This document shows positions 37,038 through 45,858 of a stretch of DNA of 51,528 bases, one piece after another. Below the pieces are notes generated by a model. The model saw nothing but the letters and a program-made list of their open reading frames with translations, ran no database searches and was not told the origin of the DNA. Position 1 is the first letter of the stretch. Every line of letters begins with the position of its first letter. Both the position numbers and the translations under genes were made by a program. Source of the stretch: a virus (lineage: Duplodnaviria > Caudoviricetes); IMG/VR virus record IMGVR_UViG_3300017971_000076, positions 1 through 51,528 of that record, one strand, 5' to 3'.

Positions 37038-37822
37038 TAAATCGTTTCCTCTTTGTACGTGATTGGATACGTCCCGCCCGTATCGCCGTGCCTCACGCGC
37101 CCATCCCCATCGAATTCACGGTGGCCCATGTGCCCAAATGAGGCTGCGCCACGTTTTCGGTCGTCCATGATTGCGTTCAATAACATCCGCTCGTACATCG
37201 CCGTATGAATGGACGCCTCGTCATTCATTTGCTGCTCAGCGACGGCCAGGCAACTCTCAATCAGCAACTCACTGATCGCCATCCCGCCGAGGGCATACGG
37301 GTACGAATCAGACAGCGCACCGGAGTACGCCTCGTACTTGTAGGACAGCACGTAATCGCTATCCGGCTCAGGCCAGAACAGCGCCTCCCACCGTTGCCCC
37401 GCCGTCCGATCCTCCGCCTTTCGGCGAACCGCCACGTACTGCGGCGGCCCAGTACGATCGTAGATGGACCGCATCTCCAGTAGGTCGTCAAGGCTGACGC
37501 TCTTGACTGGAGCATAGTGCGTATCCGCTGCGAAGTTCATCTTGCCGATCAGGCGATGAAAATCGTCCGGCAGATCGTAATCGTAATCATCATCCGCGAG
37601 AGTCAGTGTCGTAGACGGCCGCACCCATGACCACTCATACCCGAGCACCCTTGGATCGCTGCTCACCGGGAAATAGACGCGCCGAACGCCGGACTGCACG
37701 ATATCTTCGACTTCAGTAGCCTGATCGCTTGTCCAGTCACCGATCGTTCGACCATACCCAAGGAAGAAGCCAGTACGCTGCTTCAGTTCCGTCCAGCCAA
37801 CACTTAAACCCGACTCTGCCAC
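37037..37822 (-). CDS. Head-tail adaptor (tail tubular A / gp4-like)
   Basis: YDYDLPDDF...P.YV...FWPEPDSDY.L.Y pattern. Confidence 0.75.
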   Translation of the reverse strand: MAESGLSVGWTELKQRTGFFLGYGRTIGDWTSDQATEVEDIVQSGVRRVYFPVSSDPRVLGYEWSWVRPSTTLTLADDDYDYDLPDDFHRLIGKMNFAADTHYAPVKSVSLDDLLEMRSIYDRTGPPQYVAVRRKAEDRTAGQRWEALFWPEPDSDYVLSYKYEAYSGALSDSYPYALGGMAISELLIESCLAVAEQQMNDEASIHTAMYERMLLNAIMDDRKRGAASFGHMGHREFDGDGRVRHGDTGGTYPITYKEETI

Positions 37823-37825
37823 AAA

Positions 37826-37898
37826 ATCCCCCGCGAGGACTCGAACCTCAAACCTAGTAGTTACAAACCACTTGCTCTGCCTGTTGAGCTACAGGGGA
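37826..37898 (-). tRNA. trnT: tRNA-Thr (anticodon UGU), no encoded CCA
   Basis: TCCCCTG TA GCTC-AACAGGCA-GAGC A AGTGG-TTTGTAA-CTACT AGGTT TGAGG-TTCGAGT-CCTCG CGGGGGA T folds into a full 73-nt cloverleaf. Confidence 0.85.
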
Positions 37899-37904
37899 CC
37901 ACCA

Positions 37905-37941
37905 GGGCCCTCCGGGCGAAGAGAGAAAACCCGGAGGGCCC
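37905..37941 (-). other. Perfect 12-bp hairpin immediately 5' of the tRNA
   Basis: GGGCCCTCCGGG / CCCGGAGGGCCC inverted repeat with 13-nt loop. Confidence 0.7.
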
Positions 37942-37960
37942 GACCCCGATCCTGCCCCAC

Positions 37961-38770
37961 CTACGAAACCAGAACCACTCCATTCGCACCGCGAATGTTC
38001 CAACTACCGGCAACCCATTCCAAGACGCACTGGTCGCCCACGCCGCCAAGTTCAAGGCCATCCAGGTCTTGAGTGCCGTCCGCCGGCTCGTTGCCGTCGT
38101 CGTTCTCGATATCGATACGAGCCTCGTTACTCGTCACAGCCGTGGTGATAATCTCGACCTTCTTACGAAGACCCTCGATCGTGCCGTCCACGATCTCCTC
38201 AGCCGGCGAGGCGGTCGAACAGGCCGCACCGATCAGGAGCGACGTACCACCGACCATCATCACGAACGCCGTGTTGTCGACCAGTTGGACGACTTCAACG
38301 CCACCGGACGGAGGACCCACCTGGAGCTTCGCGTAAACCAGCCCGGCGTCTGTCGAACGATCGACCGTCTGCATGGGCTGCGCAGAACCCTCGCCGTCCA
38401 GACCTTCGTACCGGAAGTAGCCCTGATACGAAGTGGTCACGTCGAACGTCAGGAGCCCCGTGCCGAGCGTGCAACTCGCCTTCGCGTAGATATTGCACAC
38501 GCTACCCGGTAGGTAGATTTCGATGAGTTGACCGCCAGTCACGGCGGCGTACTTGCGAGCCGCCACGCCAGCGAAATACTGCGCGTTAGTCGTACTCGGA
38601 AGCTCGACACGGTTGAACCGTCGACCGTCTTTAGCCGACGCCGTTCCGTAGTCGTAGTTATAACAAACGGCCTGACCCTCTTCCAGAGCGGTCGAACCAC
38701 CAAACCACACCCAAGCAGAGAACGTAGGACTCTGCTTTTCGTGGCCGTTAATCGCGTGAGAAACCATCAC
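37961..38770 (-). CDS. Capsid decoration/cement-like protein
   Basis: Directly after major capsid gene; beta-rich, FAGVA...GQLIEI pattern. Confidence 0.6.
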   Translation of the reverse strand: MMVSHAINGHEKQSPTFSAWVWFGGSTALEEGQAVCYNYDYGTASAKDGRRFNRVELPSTTNAQYFAGVAARKYAAVTGGQLIEIYLPGSVCNIYAKASCTLGTGLLTFDVTTSYQGYFRYEGLDGEGSAQPMQTVDRSTDAGLVYAKLQVGPPSGGVEVVQLVDNTAFVMMVGGTSLLIGAACSTASPAEEIVDGTIEGLRKKVEIITTAVTSNEARIDIENDDGNEPADGTQDLDGLELGGVGDQCVLEWVAGSWNIRGANGVVLVS

Positions 38771-38819
38771 TTTACCTCATGGGTTGAATTCGCAAACTTA
38801 AAACGCACAGACCGTCAAA

Positions 38820-39854
38820 CTACGCCTTGTAGAAGACCGCCTGCTTCCGAAGGTCGGTGCAGACCATTTGCAACGTGGCGTCCAGGTCGACTCGGCGAAC
38901 CAAGTGCTTATTCGAGACCATATACGGCTTCGTCAGTTGATTCTGCCATCCGGCCATCACGCCAATCGCCAACGTCTTCCAATCCAGCATGTAAACCGGA
39001 TCGCCGGTATCGCTGTCCAGATACGGTGCGTAAGTTACCGGCGTCGACTTGAACGTCACCCGGCCGTCCTTACTAGCCAGATCGTTCCCGAGGTTCATGT
39101 TCTGCTTTTCCAGCAATTCCTCCATGATCCCGAGCACGTCGTCATTCGTGTAAATGCCGTTGCCCATGTTGGACAAATTCGGCACGGCGTGCGACACCGG
39201 AGAGCGGAAGCGCGTCTTGCGATGCCCCCTTCGCATGGAGCGAATAAGGTCCTCTTTCGCAATCGCAGTGTAGTCGTTCGACCAGTTCGCCCAGCGGGTA
39301 TAGGTGGTCGAGTCGATGTTGCCACGGCCATCCGAAAAGCCACTCGGGTTCTCAGCGTTGAAGCCCTCGGTCGCATTCCGAACGATCCAGTATTCCAGTC
39401 CATACGGCGTCCGCTCGTCCGTCGAGTCGTCCGGCTTACCCCATAGGAACTCTTCCAACTTCTCGTAAAACGAAACCATCATCCCGACGTAGCGGGTTTT
39501 GATCAAATTAACGATCGCGTGTCCGCCACGCTGGAACGCCTTCTCTCGCTGGTCGTAGATATAGTGTGCATTGACGTGACGCGGGGGAACGGTCCCCTGC
39601 TTCATCGTGTCCGTGAGCGAAGAGCCGTCCGTCTCGAACAACTGGACAGCCCGCGCACTATGGTTGTGATCCATCTGCGCGTCCCAACGCCAGTCGTCAC
39701 CACCATCAAACGTCTTGACATGCTTTTTCCACAACTCCCGAACCGCAACGTGGTCTTGCAGATCCGTCTGCATGTCCACGAAAGCGCCCTTTTTGATGAG
39801 GTTCTCTTGCGTCAAGAGAACCGCATCGTCGATATCCGAATACGGAATCCCCAT
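38820..39854 (-). CDS. Major capsid protein
   Basis: 344 aa after scaffold; PYGLEYWI, VYMLD, ending CTDLRKQAVF typical of HK97-fold coats of this layout. Confidence 0.8.
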   Translation of the reverse strand: MGIPYSDIDDAVLLTQENLIKKGAFVDMQTDLQDHVAVRELWKKHVKTFDGGDDWRWDAQMDHNHSARAVQLFETDGSSLTDTMKQGTVPPRHVNAHYIYDQREKAFQRGGHAIVNLIKTRYVGMMVSFYEKLEEFLWGKPDDSTDERTPYGLEYWIVRNATEGFNAENPSGFSDGRGNIDSTTYTRWANWSNDYTAIAKEDLIRSMRRGHRKTRFRSPVSHAVPNLSNMGNGIYTNDDVLGIMEELLEKQNMNLGNDLASKDGRVTFKSTPVTYAPYLDSDTGDPVYMLDWKTLAIGVMAGWQNQLTKPYMVSNKHLVRRVDLDATLQMVCTDLRKQAVFYKA

Positions 39855-39884
39855 TTTCTGCCCCTTAGTTTACTGCGAAGAGCG

Positions 39885-40898
39885 TCAGCCGAATCGCTCG
39901 TCGAGCATCGCGGCCGTCTCTTCTTCGACGGACTGTTTCGGCTTGGCTTTCGAGCGATTCACGCGCTGGAGGTGTGCCCCCTTGCGTCTCGCCAGATCGC
40001 CAGCCAGACGTTTCTCGTGCAACTCTTGATATTTGTCCGCCAGAACGGACCTTGCCGCCGTCTCAAACAATTCTTCACGCGGCGGCGCTTGTTGCCCCTG
40101 GGCCTGATAGCCGGCCAGGAGAACGCTCATGTGTTCCGCAATCTGTTCGCGTTTTACGAACTGCGGACTTCCCCGGTCTAGCGAATTATGTCCGCCAGTG
40201 CCGAGGGTATCGACGAAATCCTCGCCGAGGGATTCGACCTGCTTGTCAAACCACTGCTCGACTTCCCGCGCAGCCGCCATCTGGCTCGACTGCGCGATTT
40301 GCTCTTGCTGTTGCTTAAAGCCCTCGATTTGCTGCTGCTGGCCCTGAAGTACCTCGCGCATCTTGTCGAACATCTCGACCACTTCGGGCTCATACCGCTC
40401 CGGGTCAAGCTTCAGCGCAGCAAATGGGTCAACATCATCCTGTTTGGCTTCCTTGCTGTCAGCTTGCGCAATAGCCTGCTCTGCCGTCGACACGACCCGA
40501 TCCAGGGCCGCCTCGTCGGGGAATGACAGCGCCTTACCAAGCGATAACCCAACATTGATTGCACGAGATAGAACTTCGTCGCTAAAGTTCGGGACAGGGC
40601 TTGGCTCCAATTGCTCGCTGCCCTGCTCCTCGCTCTCGCCGTCCGCTTCACCATCCTGTATGTCGTCGACATCCCCGTCGTCCGGCTCGGATTCAGAAGT
40701 GATACCGCTCTCTCCTGAATCTTCCTCGCCGGTATCGTCCGACACCTGGTCTTCTTGTGTGTCGCCGGTCTTGGTATCAGTCTCGCCGCCCTGCTCGTCA
40801 CCCTGCTCATCGCGCAGTTCCTTCAGTTCCTCTTCGTGCTCAGCCGCAACCTGCTCGGCCGCCTCTTCGATCTCGCGGGCCAGTTCTTCGCTTGGCAT
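39885..40898 (-). CDS. Capsid scaffolding protein
   Basis: Very acidic disordered N-term, coiled coil, between portal and capsid. Confidence 0.75.
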   Translation of the reverse strand: MPSEELAREIEEAAEQVAAEHEEELKELRDEQGDEQGGETDTKTGDTQEDQVSDDTGEEDSGESGITSESEPDDGDVDDIQDGEADGESEEQGSEQLEPSPVPNFSDEVLSRAINVGLSLGKALSFPDEAALDRVVSTAEQAIAQADSKEAKQDDVDPFAALKLDPERYEPEVVEMFDKMREVLQGQQQQIEGFKQQQEQIAQSSQMAAAREVEQWFDKQVESLGEDFVDTLGTGGHNSLDRGSPQFVKREQIAEHMSVLLAGYQAQGQQAPPREELFETAARSVLADKYQELHEKRLAGDLARRKGAHLQRVNRSKAKPKQSVEEETAAMLDERFG

Positions 40899-40907
40899 AT
40901 CTCTCTC

Positions 40908-41123
40908 CTAGTTCTCGACTGCAAAATGGTCAATTTGCGTAATATCGGTTCCGGAAAGCCACTGGAAAGCACCGAAACGATCCGTGATTCCCTGGCGCAC
41001 ACCAACCATGCCTTCCTTGAGATACAACGCGAAACCAAACAAGATTTCCATGACACACCTATCAGGGCAGGCTTCCGAATAGAACCTAATCCCATCCGGC
41101 GTAACGCAATTTACATGCGTCAT
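40908..41123 (-). CDS. Hypothetical protein
   Basis: GAGG RBS; fills operon gap. Confidence 0.45.
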   Translation of the reverse strand: MTHVNCVTPDGIRFYSEACPDRCVMEILFGFALYLKEGMVGVRQGITDRFGAFQWLSGTDITQIDHFAVEN

Positions 41124-41127
41124 TTCG

Positions 41128-41502
41128 TTAGCCTCTCTTGTTGTACATCCCGCGCACCTTCAGGGCCTTCCGCTCGTGCGCTGCGGACGTGTAAACGGGA
41201 TCTCCGTCAGCCGTGACTTCCGTAGGGCAGCCGCGATCGCGGAGATGCTTCCGAAGCTCGCCGGCTTGACTGGCGTTCACACCGGAGGCGTAACACACCC
41301 GCGGCCATGCCTTTGACGGACGAACGCTGCCGCCGCGGACCGAAATCACGGCCCCGACCAACTCAGCCCGGTAGTCACGTTCCAGGATCTTGAGACGACG
41401 GCCTTCTCTAAGCTCAATCTCCCGCGGGGTTTCCCCCATCGGAAAGACATACTCGTAGACCGTTCCGTCTCCGCCTCTCTCACTGTAGCAATACGTCGGC
41501 AT
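41128..41502 (-). CDS. FmdB-like small protein (degenerate zinc ribbon)
   Basis: MPTYxY...YE...PM N-terminus; between portal and scaffold. Confidence 0.6.
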   Translation of the reverse strand: MPTYCYSERGGDGTVYEYVFPMGETPREIELREGRRLKILERDYRAELVGAVISVRGGSVRPSKAWPRVCYASGVNASQAGELRKHLRDRGCPTEVTADGDPVYTSAAHERKALKVRGMYNKRG

Positions 41503-41512
41503 ATCTCTCCCT

Positions 41513-41563
41513 TGGCAATCTCCACCCTAACAAGGAACGGGCAAAAGTTATCGCTGCCCCACC
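41513..41563 (-). promoter_or_regulatory. Repeated late-promoter-like element, copy A
   Basis: GGTGGGGCAGCGAT-N11-GTTCCTTGTTAGGGT; extended -10 TGnTAnnnT; RBS and ATG just downstream. Confidence 0.7.
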
Positions 41564-41577
41564 TGCAAGAACTAGTT

Positions 41578-43317
41578 TCACCCGGTTTGCCGCCCCAGGG
41601 CCGCGACTTCACTCTCCTGGGGCCGTCCACCGAGGAGGGCTTGCTGGAGGATTTGGCTCTTGCCGCCGTCCGTGGCTCCCGGCCGGTTGACCCGCTCATA
41701 GGTCCGGGTCGTGTTGGCCGGCATCCCGGGCTTCTCGCCGCCACTCATCACCTGGTCGACCCAGATAATCAGCCGGTTCAGTTCCTCGAAATCGGCGTAC
41801 TTCGCGATCAGGGCGAAAAGTTCTTGGATATCGAGTTGGCCGCCCGACATCTCGATTGCCGGCATGAAGGGCACCACAAACTCGGCGAGGATCAGCCGGA
41901 GCTTCTGTAGCTTCGTGGCCGGAGAGTCGTCCTGGAATGAGGACACGTCGATATCCAGGTCATAGATACCGAACGAACCGAGCCGAGAAGAACGGTCCCA
42001 CGGGACGACGATGGAGATGTTTGTTCCCGGGACGGCCTTACGCAGCTTCCGCCGCCTAATCGGGTCGTGCCATTCGTAGTAGGCCAACGACCGGAATACG
42101 TCTTTCGAGAGGTCGACCACCTGGCCAGCCATGTCGCGAAGCTGCGCGTTTGATGCCTCGGCAATCAGCTTGTCCTGCCCCAGCGTTTCGGCCTGCGGCG
42201 CGAGTCCACCAAGTGAATCCAGGTTACTAGAGAAGTAACTGAAAAGGTCGCGACATTGCAGGAAGAACGCTAGCGTCGGCTGCTCCACACCGCCAACCTT
42301 CATTGACAGGGGAGGCGGGCCGTTATACGTAATCCCCTCGCCGTCATTGGCGTCACGAAACCGCGTTGCCGCCTCATTATCACCCTGGAAGCCCACTACG
42401 GTTTTCTGCGCGTCAGCTTGGTCGCCTAACTTGCGATAAAGGACGTTCGCCAGTTCATGGAGGTCGCGCCAGGATGCGATCGGAGGCAGAGGCAATAGGT
42501 TCCCCGGGACATCATCGAACCCGAGACCGAGGTATGGTCCAATCTCCGGACCAGTCCACTCCCTGACGTTCAGTCGACGATTCTTCTTCGGCGCGTACGT
42601 GACTATCAGCCCTTCTTTCGGAAGCCAAACGTCCCGGAGGAAGATTTTCTTATGGAACAGATCGGGAGTCGAGTCCTGGGATATGCTCTCAGCACGCTCG
42701 TCGCCGGTGTCGCCGATCGTCGTGTACTCGTCGTGCTTCAGGTCCCGCTTCCATTTCTTCGGAAAGAAATCGCTCTCCATCACGTCTTCCAGGTCGAGCC
42801 AGTAGTCGTTGCCGATGTACTGGATTTGCGACATCTGCTTCGCAGCCATGTCAATCACCAGGTCGTCCAGCGTCACCAGGTCGACGAACGACTCGCCATA
42901 GTCGTGCCCGAGGACTTCCCCGACCTTATGCAGTCCAATCTTAAGCCAACCGGACGAGAAAAGCGCTTCGGTAACCAGTCGGCGCATCGTCTGCTGTAGC
43001 TTAATCTCCGCCGGTATCTGATTGACGGCCAGTTCCAGATTCGCGGCCACCGGCTCGTACCCGGCCTCGGTCGTGCTAATCATGGCGCGAGGGGCACGGG
43101 CCGCCAACATTCGGACAAAGATCGTCACCGCCAGCTTCAGGAACGGGGCCGGCACACGCTTAGAGGCACCTCCCTTGAAATAGTGCGACCCGACGAACTG
43201 CTTGATCGCCTCAACCCGCTTCCTCCGCGGGAACTCCAGTTGCCGAACCGACCAGTCGATGCTCTCGCGCAACCGCTTGAACTGCACCATATCCAGCGGG
43301 TTACTCATCTTTGCCAT
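41578..43317 (-). CDS. Portal protein
   Basis: ~580 aa helical protein immediately after TerL. Confidence 0.8.
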   Translation of the reverse strand: MAKMSNPLDMVQFKRLRESIDWSVRQLEFPRRKRVEAIKQFVGSHYFKGGASKRVPAPFLKLAVTIFVRMLAARAPRAMISTTEAGYEPVAANLELAVNQIPAEIKLQQTMRRLVTEALFSSGWLKIGLHKVGEVLGHDYGESFVDLVTLDDLVIDMAAKQMSQIQYIGNDYWLDLEDVMESDFFPKKWKRDLKHDEYTTIGDTGDERAESISQDSTPDLFHKKIFLRDVWLPKEGLIVTYAPKKNRRLNVREWTGPEIGPYLGLGFDDVPGNLLPLPPIASWRDLHELANVLYRKLGDQADAQKTVVGFQGDNEAATRFRDANDGEGITYNGPPPLSMKVGGVEQPTLAFFLQCRDLFSYFSSNLDSLGGLAPQAETLGQDKLIAEASNAQLRDMAGQVVDLSKDVFRSLAYYEWHDPIRRRKLRKAVPGTNISIVVPWDRSSRLGSFGIYDLDIDVSSFQDDSPATKLQKLRLILAEFVVPFMPAIEMSGGQLDIQELFALIAKYADFEELNRLIIWVDQVMSGGEKPGMPANTTRTYERVNRPGATDGGKSQILQQALLGGRPQESEVAALGRQTG

Positions 43318-43319
43318 CG

Positions 43320-45137
43320 CTACCCCCAACCCTCAGAACTTAATAGCTCCCTACCGCGAGGTCGCTGCTCCTTTTCCCGTTGCTTCATGCGCCACGCCAG
43401 AGAGCCATACGGCGGCTCCGGGTTTTCCTGTTTCTTTGGTTTTTCTCTGCGCTCCGCCATACCATGGCAGGCCAATGCGTCGGCCATCACCCGGTCGCCG
43501 TGGTTCTTTTTCGCGCCGGTCGGGTCGACCTTATCGTTTGCCCGCGAATGCTCCACGCCGCCCTTGTTATCGAAGATGTATTCGAGCGTTTCCTCCAGCG
43601 CGATCTTCGATCGGTTAACGAGCGAGAATTTCTCTACGCCGGCGCGATAGTTCCCCATCAAAACGAGTTTCGTCTCGTTCGTGCTGGCCCAGCCGGGCAC
43701 GTCCGAAACTTTCTTACTGATCGCCTCTTCGCGCCGGCGGTAGTGGATGTTGCCGTAGCCCAGTTCCATGACGCGGGAGCCGAACTGCCGCCCAACGCCG
43801 TTGTTCTCCCAGATCAGATACGCCTTATTCAGCCACGTCGCCAGTGCCACGGCCTGGCGGGCAAACTCCTCCGGGCGGATGTACGGGTTCGCGTACTCGG
43901 CGACCTTCTCGTTCGTCACCGCGTCGTAGGCGCAGAGACAGGAGTTGCTACTGCCCGTCCCGGCCGATACGTCGCCGCCAAGCACGATCTTGTGGTCGAG
44001 CGTAATCTTGCCGGACTTGTTCAGTAGACACCAGAGATGCAACCGGCCTTCGGGGTTCTCACGAAAACGGATCGGCTCCGCCGTCACGGAGTCGTACTCC
44101 AGGTCGCCCACCAGGATCGGCGGACAGGCGAACCGACGAATCGCCTCCTGGATGGTTGCCGCCGAGAAATACTGATAGCCGGAGCCGAGGTAGTCGATAT
44201 CCAGTTCGGTCGCGATTTCGCGAGCCGACGCCGCCCGGTCGCACTCCCGGTCATACCACGGCGAGCGGAGCTTGCCGTCCAAGGTCGAGCGATAGCGTTT
44301 CGGGAAACCCTCTACATCAATCACCTTCAGGGTGCCGTCCTTGGTCGTCGTGTAGAGCCCCCTGTTCTTGAGCGGATGTTCCGACCAGTGGAAACGGAGC
44401 CTCTTGATCCCGGTCTGCCGCACGTCGTAATAGGCGTTGCCGGTCCCGTTGGGCGTCGAGTTGAAGACCCGGCAGTTCGTGGCGTCCCGGGTCGCGTTCA
44501 GGACTCGGTGTCCCTGGTCGACGGCCGCGAACTCGTCCAGCAGGATCGCCGTTCTCCGGTCGCCCCTGGCAAAGTTCTCAGTAGTCGACTCCCCGTCAAT
44601 CACCGAGCCGGTATACGGGTTCAACATGTGCAGCTTGCTGCGATACGCACGACCGTACCCGGGCGGCATCAACCACCGCGGCATATTACGATGCAGGAAG
44701 TCGATCTTCCAGAAGAGCGCCTTCGGGTTATCGGACTTATCGACGTAATCCTCGACCCGGGAGCCCATAAGGAATGAGAGGTCGTCATGGAAGTGCCACG
44801 CCCATTCAAATGCAAGGATACATAGCCACGAGGCCCCCATGTCTCGCGACTTCTCGACAAAGATGTCGTGCTCGTTGATCGCGCGGATGATCGTCGACAA
44901 GCCATCTCGCTGAAACGGATAGAGGATCATCGGGACCTTGGCGAACGGCTGTCGGCGCGGGTCGTAGGTCCAGACGAAACCGTTCACGTAAAAGATCGGG
45001 TCGCGCTTACAGGCATCCCAGACTACCTCGGCGTACTGCGGGTCGTCCATGACGCGGCGGTGGACCGACTGTCGCCAGCGCATACTCTCCACGAGGTCCG
45101 CGGGGACATGCTTCGCGAAGTCGGTACAGAATTTCAT
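43320..45137 (-). CDS. terL: Terminase large subunit
   Basis: LYPFQ, EKSRDMGASW Walker A, LLDEFA Walker B, NSTPNG, GGDVSAGTG and HGDRVMADALA nuclease acidic motifs. Confidence 0.93.
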   Translation of the reverse strand: MKFCTDFAKHVPADLVESMRWRQSVHRRVMDDPQYAEVVWDACKRDPIFYVNGFVWTYDPRRQPFAKVPMILYPFQRDGLSTIIRAINEHDIFVEKSRDMGASWLCILAFEWAWHFHDDLSFLMGSRVEDYVDKSDNPKALFWKIDFLHRNMPRWLMPPGYGRAYRSKLHMLNPYTGSVIDGESTTENFARGDRRTAILLDEFAAVDQGHRVLNATRDATNCRVFNSTPNGTGNAYYDVRQTGIKRLRFHWSEHPLKNRGLYTTTKDGTLKVIDVEGFPKRYRSTLDGKLRSPWYDRECDRAASAREIATELDIDYLGSGYQYFSAATIQEAIRRFACPPILVGDLEYDSVTAEPIRFRENPEGRLHLWCLLNKSGKITLDHKIVLGGDVSAGTGSSNSCLCAYDAVTNEKVAEYANPYIRPEEFARQAVALATWLNKAYLIWENNGVGRQFGSRVMELGYGNIHYRRREEAISKKVSDVPGWASTNETKLVLMGNYRAGVEKFSLVNRSKIALEETLEYIFDNKGGVEHSRANDKVDPTGAKKNHGDRVMADALACHGMAERREKPKKQENPEPPYGSLAWRMKQREKEQRPRGRELLSSEGWG

Positions 45138-45250
45138 AGAATAAACTTCTCGGCGTACCAAACGGCCGCCTCAACGATAAGTAGACACCATGCTGCATAC
45201 ACAGCCAAAAAGACAGCAAGACCCAAGCATCCGAATAGGATCGCTTTCAT
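45134..45250 (-). CDS. Small membrane peptide (38 aa)
   Basis: ATGA-coupled both sides; MKAILFGCLGLAVFLAVYAAWCLLIVEAAVWYAEKFIL. Confidence 0.55.
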   Translation of the reverse strand: MKAILFGCLGLAVFLAVYAAWCLLIVEAAVWYAEKFIL

Positions 45251-45858
45251 TCGCTGCTCTCTTCTAGTTCCGTCAGCATCGCGTCAATCTCCTCTACACT
45301 CCGCTGACTGGCTCGTTTTGATAACCGTTGTTCCTCCTCTTCCGTATCACCCTTGGCCTCCACCTGCCCAAGGCGCTGCATGAACTCTTTAGGTTGCTCT
45401 TTGGCCTGGATGTACAGGAAAAAGGCCCGGTCGTTCGGGCAGGTCGTCGGCTCGACCCCGACGCGAAGGAACTTACCGGCCGCACTCATCGCCCAAGCCA
45501 ACTGCTCACGGTACGAGAGCGACTTGTCTTCGCACTTGACCGCCTTCGGCCGCTTGTCGGGCTTCGGCGTGTCGGCGTGCGACTCAGGATGCGGGTCGTA
45601 GTCGGCGACATCATACGAGCGAAAGAGCGGCTTGAGGCACTGAAAATCCTTCGCGGCCTCGACGGTGGCCTGGTCGAGCGTCATGCCACCGTCTTTTTGG
45701 AACTCGGCCACGAGCCGCTTGAAGCGGTCGTAGGTAATCTTATCCTTCTTCCCGCCGGCCTCTTGTCGCCAGAGAATTGAATGGCAGCGCTTACGGAACT
45801 CTCGCATCGCGATCGGAGGCGAGAGTCCCGCACCTGCCCCGGTGCGCGCCTTACCCAT
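45247..45858 (-). CDS. Putative terminase small subunit
   Basis: Helical ~200 aa protein upstream of TerL; function assigned by position only. Confidence 0.45.
   Translation of the reverse strand: MGKARTGAGAGLSPPIAMREFRKRCHSILWRQEAGGKKDKITYDRFKRLVAEFQKDGGMTLDQATVEAAKDFQCLKPLFRSYDVADYDPHPESHADTPKPDKRPKAVKCEDKSLSYREQLAWAMSAAGKFLRVGVEPTTCPNDRAFFLYIQAKEQPKEFMQRLGQVEAKGDTEEEEQRLSKRASQRSVEEIDAMLTELEESSE

Noticed and set aside
37826-37898. tRNA as the attachment site
   Set aside because: It is about 19 kb from the integrase and inside the structural operon; att-like repeats are next to int instead.
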